Under the pieces are notes generated by a model that was not told the origin of the DNA, searched no databases, and saw only the letters and a list, made by a program, of their open reading frames with translations. A program made the position numbers and the translations under genes. From the human T2T-CHM13v2.0 reference genome, Homo sapiens, in assembly GCF_009914755.1 (NCBI RefSeq), contig NC_060925.1: a stretch of 64,000 nucleotides of DNA; one strand, written 5' to 3'. Below are positions 1 to 12,494 of the stretch, piece after piece (position 1 is the stretch's first letter; each line of letters opens with the position of its first letter).

Positions 1-1635
1 GTAGTAGAGTCATATTCATATTTATATTAAATGTTTTTAGGACATAGACCTCTTTAAGAACCTGATAAAGCTATCCGTTGTTTTCTCCTTAGATAAAAAC
101 ATACAGATGCTCATATACGAAAATCCACACAACATTTTAGGAATTCACAAATCCTTGAGGCCAGCGAGTGGATCCCTGGGGCTCTCTGTGGAAAAGATTT
201 TCAAAAAAGTATTGTGGGAAGAGGCAAATAAGTAGCAGATCTGTCCTTGGAGAAGGAGGAAGCCTCTGGAGAAGGGGGCGGCTGAGCTGGGCCTTGGAAG
301 ATGAGCAAAACTTCCTTTCTTGACCCCAGCGTGGGCAGGGCAGGACATAGCGCGCTGAGCCTGTGGACAGGACCTGGGGGATGAGAGCTGTTGAGTCTAA
401 CTGACTGCAGTCCCTGAGTTTGCACTTTCACTGATGGCTTTAGGCTGAGAGTGGGCTGGGCTCCCTAAGATGGTGTGGTTAAGTGACCTGAGGAGGGCTG
501 GGCTCCAGCCAGCATCACTGAAGAAGAGTCACCATGGAAGTAAATGGTTTTCATAACCTGGCCAGATCTCTCAACGAGAAAGGGCCCTGGGTAGGACCGA
601 GGTAGATGTGTCTCTCCATGGGAGGGGTCCCTGCTGTGGGACCACATCTGTTTTGATTTGACTCTCAGGACATGGATTTATTTCGCAGATGTGGCCTTTT
701 GGTGGGTTCAGCATTTTACTCCCCTGGCAGTCACTGATTTAGAGAGGCTCAGCCGACTCTCTGTGTTTGTTTGGCTTTGAGGAATGGAAAACGTGGTTCT
801 TTTTAACATCTCTCCCTTCAGCAGGTGGTCTGGGGGTGGAGGCAGGAATGGCCACAGCCTCACAAATAGCTGCTGGTCTTTTCCCATCTTTGTTCCTCTT
901 TCTCGTTACTCCACTGACAGCCACAGTCCCCTGAGGAGGAGTGAGAACGTTAGAACAATTGAGTTTCTCTGCTCCAGGCCTGTCGGCATCCAATAAGCCA
1001 AGAACTCGACAACTCCGCCTGGTTCTACTTCAGCTGCTGCAAAAGGAGCTGCTGGCAGCGAGGACTACTGGGGCAGAGCTATTCAAGTGAAAGATTTAAA
1101 TCAGCTGGCAGATACTACTTTCTCCTTTCAGCAAGCAAATTCTATGTGTGTGTGCGCACATGTGCCCATACACTCCTTATAATTTGACTTCTGATCTTCC
1201 TATTTTAAATAAGAAGATTCAGGAATTTTCTGATATGTGACATTAAAAAATGATCACAGAAATCATACCCACATTGCCATTGCACTTTACAATTTTTAAA
1301 GTACTTTTATAGCTGTGACTTCATAATGGCCATGTAAAACAAGCAAAGTCGGCATTATAATAACCCAATTTTAGAGATAAGCAAACTGAGATTCCTGGAT
1401 GTAATTTGTCACTATAATATGACCTATAAAAACCCAACATATACTATTCCAAAGCTATTTTTATGTCATCTAAGTCATGCAGTTTGAGGAAAGAGTTCAT
1501 CTTTGCCTATCCAAGTTGAGGTGCTTTATCTTCAAAATCAGGAAGTCCCTTACTATAGAAACTGTCATTGATTTTCAACTGTTCTGAAATAGAAGCTGAG
1601 GTCAAACTGCATCCCCAGATTAATCAAGTAAAGAA

Positions 1636-1830
1636 TATTAGTAGCTAATATTTATTTTGAGCTTTTACTATATGCTAGATACTAGTTAATTAACATACTC
1701 ATTTGATCCTCATAGCAACCCTGTTTTATATGTTTTACTAATGAAAGAAAGCTACAAAAAGTTTAAGTAATTTGCCCAAGGACACACAGAATCCATATTT
1801 AAAACCAAGGAGTTTGAGTTCAGAGTCTAA
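1636..1830 (-). mobile_element. MIR SINE fragment
   Basis: Degenerate MIR core in reverse orientation (ttttactaatgaaagaaagcta...aagtttaagtaatttgcccaaggacacacag). A smaller MIR-like piece lies at ~1330-1412. Confidence 0.6.
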
Positions 1831-1910
1831 GAGAGCTCAGTAGTTGGGTTGATCAGACAAACCAATAATTCAGAATAGTGGGACTAAGAATGATCTATCC
1901 TGTACTTAGG

Positions 1911-2195
1911 GGCCAGGCATGGTGGCTATCATCTGTAATCTGAGGCTGAGGCTTGAGGATGACTTGAAGCCAGGAGTTTGCCATCAGCTTAGGCAAAGAC
2001 AGCGAGACTCCATTTCAGCAAAAAATTTAAAAAATTAGCCAGCCATGGTGGCATGTGCCTGTAGTCTCAGCTACTTAGGCGGCTGAGGCAGGTGGATTGC
2101 TTCAGCCCAAGAGTTCAAGGCTGCAGTAAGCTATGATTGTGCCACTGCACTCCAGCCTGGGTGACAGTGCAAAACCCTCTCTTTAAAAAAAAAAA
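1911..2195 (+). mobile_element. AluJ-type SINE with small left-arm deletion
   Basis: ggccaggcatggtggc start, dimeric structure, J-type 'gttcaaggctgcagtaagctatgattgtgccactgc', A-tail; cccagcactttggga is missing. Confidence 0.9.
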
Positions 2196-2249
2196 GTCTG
2201 TTCTACTCAAGTCTTGTAGACTAATAAAAGGTTTGATTCCCACAAAGTT

Positions 2250-3247
2250 AAAACAATTTTAAATCTGGACATACCAAATAGCTTCAAAGTGTACAAAGTA
2301 AAATTTGACTGAACTCACCACAAAACAATAGACAAATTCACAATTATAATGGAAGATTTTAATTTTCAGCTCTCTCAGTGATTGGCAGAAAAAAAAATTA
2401 GTAAAGAGATAGAAGTGGCCAAAACAAGGAATAAACTTAACCAAATTAATATGTGTATATGTGTACATACATAAAGCAGTCTACTCAATAGCAACTGTGT
2501 ATAACAATATTTTTTAAAATACAAAAATTTACCATGTGCTAGATTTTTCATACTTTAGGTGTGAACAAATTTTAAAGGACTGAAATAATACAGGGTATGT
2601 TTTTTGATGACAAGCTAATTAAGCTATAAATAAATAACAGAAAAGTTAAATAGAAAATTCTCATTAGTTTGGAAATAAATAAATATACTTCTAAATATTC
2701 TATGGGTCAAAGAAGAAATCACAATGGAAATATGTGAATTGGATGACATTACATATAGAAGCTAATGAAATGTACTTAAACCATGCATGGAAGGAAAGAG
2801 TAGCTATAAATGCATATATTATAAAAGATAATGTTGAAAATTAATAAGCTGATATCACCAGAAGTTATAACATAAACAGCAAATTAAATCCAAGGAAATT
2901 AGAAAAATTGAATATTTAGATGAGAAAAAAATAAAAATACAAAAAATATGTATAAAATAGAGAAACTCACCAAAGGCAAGAGTTCATTCTTTGAAAAGTC
3001 TAATAAAATTTAACAAGTTAAAAAAAAACCAATATCAAAAATAAAAAAGGCAACATTACTGCTGATTCTGTTATTAAAAATTAAAAGATAACGTTAGAAT
3101 ATTATGAACAGCTTTATGCCAAAAGTTAAAAATTTACAGGAAATGAACAAATTAATGAAAAATAAAACTTACCAAAGATGAAGAAGACAATTTTAATGTT
3201 CCTGTATCTACTAAAGAAATAGATTTTTTGAATGAAAAGCCTTCCAC
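2250..3247 (+). mobile_element. Ancient L1 (L1M/L1ME-like) ORF2 remnant, 5' part; host of the nested L1
   Basis: A-rich L1 ORF2-like text (gggtcaaagaagaaatcacaatggaaat, attatgaacagctttatgcc). Stops at 'aaaagccttccac' and resumes at ~8935 with 'ttccacaaagaaaac'. Confidence 0.75.
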
Positions 3248-3952
3248 CTTCCCTAGGAGATCTATTTCTATTCAGTTTGTAGAAAGCCACAAGAGAATGT
3301 CACTCCTACCATAACAATGAGAAAAAGGCAGGTAAATCTGCAAAATGATAACTTTTTTGAGCCCATCAAAGAGCTGAGTTTTCCAGGAAAAGAGGTAGAA
3401 TGAATTCCGAAGAGTGATGAGCCCCTTTAAGGAGAGATAGTTCGAACAAACGGTTTCACCTTCAGCAGAATCCAAAAGCTGCCATCATAAAAGTGGATGA
3501 GAAGAAAGCAGAAACTTTTAACAAATTCATAAAGGCCAAGTGTAGACTATCATGACAGTTCAGAATATTCTGGAGTTCCACACTCAATGGGAAGTCTGTA
3601 CTCAAGCTCTTATCCATGAGTCTCCACTGGATACACACAAGAAATATAGGGGGCAGGGCAGAAAACTAGAGACAGCCACATTTAGTGGTGCAGGCATGCC
3701 AGAAGTAATCAGCTGCCACTGGGGGGCAGAAACAAAACCCTGTCCATTTCCCAGATCTTCGTCTCATAAGAGGTATAAGCCTTAAGTTGCTAGAAGAGGA
3801 AACCCTCCCATTTCTGGAGAACAGGCAGAGATTCACCACTTGCTGGGGAGGGGTAGAAGCACACCTATCTGCCTCTGGAGGAAGAGTAGAAAACTCTCAT
3901 AGCACTTGCTCCGAAAGACCCAACCAGATGCAACGCACAGTTTGGCTGTCCT

Positions 3953-4375
3953 GAGGAGGGGTAGGTAGAATGGTAACAATGAGACACTTCCATTCCCAAG
4001 AGGTGGGGTAGGTAGAATGGTAACAATGAGACACTTCCATTCCCAAGAGGTGGGGTGGGTAGAATGGTAACAATGAGACACTTCCATTCCCAAGAGGTGG
4101 GGTAGGTAGAATGGTAACAATGAGACACTTCCATTCCCAAGAGGTGGGGTAGGTAGAATGGTAACAATGAGACACTTCCATTCCCAAGAGGTGGGGTGGG
4201 TAGAATGGTAACAATGAGACACTTCCATTCCCAAGAGGTGGGGTAGGTAGAATGGTAACAATGAGACACTTCCATTCCCAAGAGGTGGGGTAGGTAGAAT
4301 GGTAACAATGAGACACTTCCATTCCCAAGAGGTGGGGTAGGTAGAATGGTAACAATGAGACACTTCCATTCCCAA
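3953..4375. repeat. 47-bp minisatellite (VNTR), 9 copies
   Basis: Unit gaggtggggtaggtagaatggtaacaatgagacacttccattcccaa starting at 3953, 4000, 4047, 4094, 4141, 4188, 4235, 4282 and 4329. Confidence 0.98.
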
Positions 4376-4695
4376 GGTGATCCAAATGCACAGGGCCTGC
4401 TAAAGACAGAAGCTGGTTGAGGAGAATCAAGAACACCCCCTGCCTCCACCATGAGCCTCATACCAAGTAACACACAAGGTCAGTCTACTACTGGGGAAGA
4501 AGCAAGAAAAAGACCCTTCTGTGGTCACTGAAAGCTAAGAGAGAAACAAGAACATTTGGAAAAATCCACTAGCACCATAGATACCACAATATGAAGAAAA
4601 CCACCAGCTCTTCACTGGAGGAGATAGAAGTCTGGGTGCCCCTAAGGTGACTATAGCAAGCAACAACCTAGTTGAACAACTGACTAGATTAACTG

Positions 4696-4700
<5 letters not shown>

Positions 4701-4744
<44 letters not shown>
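4701..4744. repeat. (CA)22 microsatellite
   Basis: Pure CA run read directly. Confidence 0.98.
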
Positions 4745-4746
<2 letters not shown>

Positions 4747-6150
4747 CTGATGGACTGACAGGAAAAGAAGTGATCCATTTTCAGGGATAAATATTATTTA
4801 TCTTTGTTTCTACTGTTTTTCTTAAAATATTCTTCATTTGATGAATAGCTATAAAATACACAAAAGCTAAACACATGAACAAATAAAAAGACTTCATTGT
4901 TAAGAGATAAATCAATCAACAGAAACAGACTAAGAAATGACCCAAATGTTAAAGAATTATCAGATAGGACTTTATCATAGCTATAACTGATAAAAGATCT
5001 GTTGGGAAACGTGGACAACTTGCATGAACAGATGGGAAATTTTAGCAGAGAGGTGGAAATGATTTTCAAAAAATCAAGTGGAAATGCTAGAAATGTTTAA
5101 AAGAAACCCATGTTATCAAAGATGAATTCCTTTTACATACTTAAAGGGAAGGTGGACATCATTGTTGAGGAAAGAACTGTGAACTTGAAGATAGGTCAAT
5201 GATTAAAACAGGACAAAAAGAAAAAAAAAGAATTAAAAAACCCAAAACAGTAAGAGCTGTGAGACAGTTATCAAATGGAATAAAAATACATCATTAGAAT
5301 TCTAGAAGGAGAGGAGATAGAGAAACAGATATAAGAAGTAGCTGAAGAGATAATGACTGAGAATTTTTAAAAACTAATAAAAAATGACAAAGCAAAGATA
5401 CACAAAATTCAAAGCATCTCAAGGAGGATGTCACACATGCACACACATACACACAGTATAGTCAAACTTCTGAAAACCAAAGATATAGGGAAAATCTTGA
5501 AAGCAGTCAAAGGAAAAAGCAACATTAAATGCAGTCGAACAAAGATGTGAATATCAAGCAGACTTTGGTCAGAAAGTAGACAAACCAGAAGACAATGCAG
5601 CTACTTCTTTAAGGTACTAAAAGAAAAAAGTCAACTTAGAACTCTATATCCAGTGAATACGTCTTTGAAAAATGAAGGCAGAATAAAAATTTTTTTCAGA
5701 CAAAAAAGCTAATAGAACTCATTGCCTGGAGACTTGGACAATAAGAACTATTAAGGGAAGTCCTTGAGGCAGCAGAAACATACCAGATGGAAATGAAGAG
5801 CTCTAGCAATACACAAAGAAATGTCGAGCTTTAGAAATAGTAAAAATAAAGGTAAATATAAAACAGTTTTTCTTACTTTGTATTATTTTATAAGAAATAC
5901 ATTTTGAAAATAAAATATTCTGTCTGAAGCAAAATAGTAACAGTGAATTTTGGAGTTTATAACATATGCAATAGTATGACAAAAACAGCTTAAAGTATGG
6001 GAGGCAGAAAATAGAACTATAATGTTACCAGGTTCTTATGCTATATCCAAAGTATCCTACTATTATTTGAAGTAGGCTTTGATAAGTTAATGTAAATATG
6101 GCAATCCCTAGAGTAAGAACTAAATAAATTAGAAAAGAGGTATAACTAAT

Positions 6151-6235
6151 AAGCCAATGGTAAATATAAAGTGGAATTATGCAATATAATTTCAAGCCAA
6201 TGGTAAATATAAAGTGGAATTATGCAATATAATTT
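6151..6235. repeat. 43-bp tandem duplication
   Basis: aagccaatggtaaatataaagtggaattatgcaatataattt occurs at 6151 and 6194. Confidence 0.95.
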
Positions 6236-8934
6236 AAAGACAAAATAGGAAAACAGAAAAAAAAGAATTAAAACAGGACAGTATAAACAAGACAGTTGAT
6301 TTAAATCCAACCATATCAATAATTACATTAAATGTAGATTGACTTAATGCCCCAAATTAAAAGGCAGAGATTGTCCAATTGAATACAGAAAAACAAAATC
6401 CAATGATATACTCTCTACAAGAAACCAGTTAAATAGAAAGGAATATGTAGGCTAAAAGCAAAAGGATGGGAAAAGATATGCCATGAAAACTCTGATAAAA
6501 AAAAAAAAGTAGAAGTGGCTATACTAGTATTAGAAAAATTAGATTTTAGAACAATGAATATTACCATGGCTAGAAAGAGACATTACATAATAATATTATA
6601 TGTTTATCAGAAAGACATAATCCTGGGTATGTACATAAAAACAGAACTTGAAAAACATGAAGAAAAACCTGACAGAAGTGAAAATCATATTTGGAGACTC
6701 TAATACTCCTCTCTACATAATTAAAAGAACAAGTAAACATAAAGTTAATAAGGATATAGCAAAGCTGAACAAGACTATCAACAGTTTGAGCTAAGTGACA
6801 TTTACCGAATGCTCCTTCTGACAATAGCAGAATACAAATTCTTTTCAAGTATGCGTGGAACACTCATTAAGATGAATTATATTCTGTGTCATGGAATAAA
6901 TCTTATGCATTCAAAATTATAGAAATCTAATGAATTATCTTCTTTGACAAGAACAGAATTAAATGAGAAATCATAATAAAAATCCTGAAAATATATCTGA
7001 AAATCCCTACATATTTGGCAATTAAACAACACATTTCAGAATAACACATGAGTCAAAGGGGCACTCAAATGGGGAAATAAGGAAAAAATTTGAGTTGAAC
7101 AAAAATGAAGACAAAACATATCAAAACTTGTGGGACACAGATAAAGCCACACTAAAAGGGAAATCTATAGCATTAAATAGTTACATTTGAACAAAGCTTT
7201 CAAATCAATGATCTAATCGTCTACCTTAAGAAACTTGAAAATGAAGAGCAAATTACCCAAGCAAACAGAAGGAAGGAAATATGAAAAGAAGAAATAAATG
7301 AATTTCAAAACAGACAACTAATAGTGAAAATCAGTGAAACCAAACTTGATTATTTAAAAAAATAATAATATTGCTAAATCTTTAGACAGACTTATCAAGA
7401 ACAAAAAATGTATATGTAGAGAGAGGACACAAATTACCAATATCAAAGCAAATCCAATGAAAATCCTAGCAGAAGTTTTTTCTTTGGTAGAAATTAACAA
7501 GATGATTATAAAATATATTTGGAATACAGAAGTTTTGAAAAAGAACAAAGTTAGGGGACCCTCATATCTGATTTCAATTTTTACTATGAAGCTATAGTAA
7601 TCAAGAGAGTGTGATTTTGGAATAAAGATAGACATATCGGTCAACGTAAATGAACAGGGTGTCTAGAAATAGATCCATACATATATAGTCCATTGAATTT
7701 TGACAAGGCATCAGGGTAATTAAATGGAAAAACATGTCTTTTTGACATACTTTAAAAAAATGAACATTTACCTCACAACATATACAAAAATTAATTCAAA
7801 ATCATAGACTTAAATGGAAAAGCTAAAGCTATAAAATTTCTAGAAGAAAATATAGGAAAACAATTATGACATTGGGTTAGGCAACATATTTTTAGATAAA
7901 ACACTAAGAGCATGAACCATAAAAAAGAAAATTGGTAAATTAGACTTCAAAATGTTAAAATGTTTGCTCTTTAAAAGGCATGGTTAAGAAAATGAAAAGA
8001 TAAGCCATAGACTGGGAGGAAATATTTGCATAATGCATATCTGATAAAGGACTGTATTCAAAATAAATAAACAACTCAATTCAATTATAAGAAAGCAATT
8101 CCATTTAAAAAAAAAGGCAAAAAATGTGAATAGATATTTTACCAGAGAAGAAATATGTGTAACCAATTTGCATATGAAAAGATGCTCATCATTATACCTC
8201 GCTAGAAAAATGCATATTAAAATCCCCAAACTAAAATGGCAGTTAAAAAAAAACAAACACAATACCGAGTGTTGGTACCGGATGCAGAGCACCAGGAACT
8301 TTCATACATTGCTGGTGAGAATGCAAAATAGCATAGCCACTTTGGAGAAACGTTTGGCCATGTTTTATAAAATTAAACATACCCTGCCCAAATGATGCAA
8401 CAATCCCATTCCTAGGTATTTGCGACTGCTAGCTGCTTGCTCCTAGGCATGTCCACGTAAGGATCTGCACATGAATGTTTGTAGTCACCTTTTTATAGTA
8501 GACAAACCAGGAGCAGCCCAAAAGTCCATGTCCTGCTGAATGGACAAACAAATTGAATACATTCATTTACTTGACTATTACTCAGCAATAAAATAAACTA
8601 CTGACACATGCGACAGCTGGACGAATCCCATAAGTATTATGCTCAGTGAAAGAAGCCGAACTCAAAAGGCTACAAACTATGATTCTGTGGATATGGCATT
8701 CTAGAAACGGCAAAATGGCAAGGACAGAAAACAGCAGCAATTGCCAGACTCTGCTATTAAAGGAAGAGAATTGACTAAATAAAAACATAGGGGACTTTCT
8801 GGGCAGTTGGAAATGTTCTAGATACTGATTCACAACTGTATACATTTGTCAAAACTCATTGAATTGTATACTTAAAAAGAGCATGTTTTACATTTTGTAA
8901 ATTATATCTCAAAAATATTACTTTAAAAAATACT

Positions 8935-10520
8935 TTAAAATATCATTTCCACAAAGAAAACTAGAGTCCCAGATGACTTCACTACCAAATTGTACCACAT
9001 ATTTAAAGAAAAATAATGCTTACCTACAGAGGATAAAAACTCCCAAAGAAGAGAAAAAGAGTGAACTTCTATTAACTTATTTCTTCAGACAAATCTAACC
9101 CTGATTCCAAAGTCCACAATGACAGTATTACAAAAGGAAATTTATAGACCAATCTCACTCATGAATTGTGCAACAATCCCAAATAAAATATTAGCAAACC
9201 CAAACCAGAAATACATTAAAAAAGATAACACATCATAATCAAGTTGGGTTTATTCCAAGAATGCAAAACTAGCTTAATATTTGAAAATCAACCACTGCGA
9301 ATCACAATTTGACAGAATAAAGAAGTAAAATCATACAATTATTTTATATCCATTTATAATTTTTGGAAACTCTAAGCAAAACCAACAATGAAGGCAAATT
9401 TCTTAACCAGTTAAGGTTATCTCTTAAGAACTTACAAAAACATAATTCTTAATGGTGATATACTGAAAGCTTTCCCTCTGAGGTCAGGATAAGGATGCCT
9501 GGTATACCACTTATATTTAAAATTTTATTGGTGGTTCAAACCAGTACAATAAGGCAATGAAAATAAATACAAAGTATAAGGATTGGAAGGCAAAAATTAC
9601 AACTGTATTGCTTGCAATAATATAATTGTGTATGCAGACAAATTATTTAAATCTATAGATTATTGCAATAAATTCTGATTTATATTTATCTGATACAAGA
9701 TAAATATAAAATATTTTTAAAATAATTATACTCCTATAGCAGCAACGAACATAAAATAAACTTAAAAATAGATATTGTATGCAACAGCGTATAAAATCGA
9801 ATGAGACTAAATCTAATGACGATGTTCAAGGCAATGAAATAATATTGAGAGAAACTAAAGAAGACCTAAATAAATGGAGGAATTGAAATATATCAAGAAT
9901 TAAAAGGAGGCAAAAGGTATGGAGAAAGCTTGATAAAGATATTATCTTCAACTTAATTGTTAGAGTCAGTAAAATTCAACTCAAAATCCCCTCAGATTTC
10001 TGTGGGTGTGTGTTTACATGGAAATTGACAAACTTATTTTAAAATTCATAGGGAAATGCAATTGCCAAGACATCTAAAGATGTACAGTGTGGAGGACTTA
10101 CTTATTCTATAAAATACCAAGACTTATTCATAAAACTAGAATGTGTGGTATTAGTGTAAGGATAGAGAAACCAATGGAGGGTATTGATCCATGCATTTAT
10201 TCAGGAATAGCACTGCAGACCAATTGGGAAATGGCGGTCTTCTATAAATGATGCTACATCAACTAGATATTCAAGTGAGGAAAAAATGCAACTTGATCCC
10301 CCCTCCTACCTTACACCACATACAAGAATAAATTCCAAGTGGATTATAGATTTAAGTGTGGAAGGTAAAACAATAAAGCTCCGTGAATATACATAGGAGG
10401 ATTTCTTGGTGACCTTGAAGCAGATAAGGAATTTTGAAAACAGAACACAGACACCACTAATCATAAAGGAAAAGACTGATGAATGATACTACGTTAAAAT
10501 TAAGCATGTGCTGGTCATCA
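8935..10520 (+). mobile_element. Ancient L1 (L1M/L1ME-like) ORF2 remnant, continuation of 2250-3247
   Basis: RT-region text (aagttgggtttattccaagaatgcaa, tactgaaagctttccctctgaggtcagg) and late ORF2 (cttacaccacatacaagaataaattccaagtggattatagattt). Confidence 0.75.
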
Positions 10521-11154
10521 ACTTAAGTGTGAGCATAGTGGGAGGAATCGTTAATACAACCTGTGTCATCCTGATATAAGCAATGTCCTTTGTTTGCAGT
10601 GTCTGTAATTCGGAGCCCACAAGGAAACTCAAAGTAAGAAAAATTTCTCAGACCTCAAAGACAAAGAAACGAAAGGAGGTCAAATTTTTAAGACATTTAT
10701 GCCATGTGCAAAACTCCACTTTCCATGGTCTCCCTTCTGGACACTCCTTTATAGACCCCTCCTCATCAAACTTGCTTAAGTTCTTCCGCACTGCAGCAGT
10801 AGACCATGGGTCTCCCAAGGTAGCAAAATATTTTATAGCAGCCTTAAAAGTTTGAGACACAGAGGGTGAAAGTCATTTACAACTGAAGAAACCATGACAA
10901 GTGCTCAGTGTCACACTTCGGTAACACTCCACAAAGCTTAAGTGCTCAATCATTGAAGTTGTGAGGTACAAAATGGAGTGTCAAATTGAGCCAGGGTTTA
11001 GATCAATGAAGTTATTACCTAAGCAACATTTTGAACATAAGAGAGGATGTACAGACTTCATCAGTGAAGTCCTGGAATTTTCTCTAAGGGCTAACTTCAG
11101 AGAGAGCAAATGGAATATTGATGCTACCTTGCCAAACACAATTTCCAGGTAACT

Positions 11155-11475
11155 TTATTCTCTGCTCCTCCTTTTTTCTCTTTCTCTTTCTTTCCTACTA
11201 ACTTCCTTTTCTCTCTCTTTTACATTCGATTTCTAATTTTCTCCCTACTTTGTCTCTTTCTGTCTCTTGATCCCTACTTCTTTTTATCTCTATATTTCCA
11301 GCTCTTTCTCTTTATAGTACCCAATTTCTCATTTTCTAACTCTTTTTATAGCCATTCTCTGTCTTGATAATCTTTCTCCTTTTGCCTTTCATTCATTTCC
11401 TCTCTCTTACTAGCACTGTTGTTGTGGATCTCCTCCGGTCCCTCTCTCACCCTCTCTCTCCCAATTCCTGTTTTA
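11155..11475. repeat. Pyrimidine-rich (CT) low-complexity tract
   Basis: About 300 bp dominated by C and T on the + strand. Confidence 0.8.
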
Positions 11476-12494
11476 TTAGATTCCTGGGTAAAGGAGAGGT
11501 AGCATCAGAGCTGCCGTCCCCCTCATTCTCATTTTTCTCACCTTTGCAGACACATTAGCCCATAAAATCTCGTAATTCCCTCCAGATCCTTTCTCACAGA
11601 TGCATGCCTGCCAGGATAAAGGGAGGGTTTGGGGATGGGTGTGGAGGACGACATCTTCTCAACACCCAGGGGAACTAGCATCAGCAGGAACAAGAGAGAT
11701 GTTATTGTCAGGCTGTAAACACTCCCATGGTACTTCAGGGCTGTTAGATTTTGTACATAATAAGAGCTATGAGCTCACTGAGGTTTATTGACTTCTGAAC
11801 TGCTGCATCCCTACGACACATGCTCCAAGCAGAATCCTGAGATGAGGCAAGGGGGAAGGAATAAGAAGGGGATGAAATCGAGCTTTCACTGTGTCTTAAA
11901 TCCCTGGGCCAGGGCAAACTTGCTGCTGCGTGCATCTGTTTCTTTCTTACAAATTCCATATCATAACCTATGTTATTTTTTTCTTACACATTCATGTCCC
12001 TTTCTGTTATTAATAGAAAAAAAGCACAGAATCCAATTGCAGTGTGGTTCATTAAAACAATTTTAAAAATCACTTAAGCAATTAGCCAACAAGAGATCTT
12101 TTGAGTGAACGGTGTGCCTGAACGATTTATGAGTTGGCAAAGTCTTGATTGAATTAATTAATCAGGAGTTAATGTTTTAGCTGCCAGCCCCAGCTTGGAT
12201 GATTGCTGCTGTCATTTGAAATCACTGATGGTTTGCTCGGATAGTCAGACATGATGTATCGTCTTGGTCAGAGACCCATCCTGCTCATTAGAGTAAGATA
12301 CTCCTAGAAACAGGCTCAGAATCCATCTGTGTTAGAGCAGAGTAATCCATGAGGATAGCAAGCTAAAACCCAGGATAGGAAAGGGTTTAGGGCAGACCAT
12401 TAGGGACCGCAGAACAGAAATGGGATGGAGGAAAGGCAGTGTAAGTGAGGGAGGAAGGAAAGACCGACAAGCAACGATGGTTGCCATCTTGATG

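Larger units (their letters stand above)
3248..8930 (+). mobile_element. Old L1 (L1MC/MD-like): 5'UTR, ORF1, ORF2 endonuclease region, internal RT deletion, 3' end
   Basis: 5'UTR-like 3250-4650; ORF1-like 4900-5850 (agaactctatatccagtgaatacgtctttgaaaaatgaagg); endonuclease region from ~6290; jump at ~7445 to late ORF2; 3' end 'catttgtcaaaactcattgaattgtatacttaaaa...aaattatatctc'. Confidence 0.8.

Noticed and set aside
978-1090. Possible terminal coding exon (acceptor ctctgctccag, frame LSASNKPRTRQLRLVLLQLLQKELLAARTTGAELFK*)
   Set aside because: Peptide not recognised, no upstream exon identifiable and no supporting evidence; cannot be distinguished from chance.
3953-4375. CRISPR-like array
   Set aside because: Units are head-to-tail with no unique spacers, there are no cas genes, and the context is primate.
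3833-4473. Three overlapping 179-202 aa minus-strand ORFs with repeated peptides
   Set aside because: Artefact: the 47-bp unit has no stop codon in any minus-strand frame, so all three frames stay open through the VNTR.
10583-10860. Opposing 90-aa and 70-aa ORFs in unique sequence
   Set aside because: No recognisable domain or convincing exon structure; lengths are within chance expectation.
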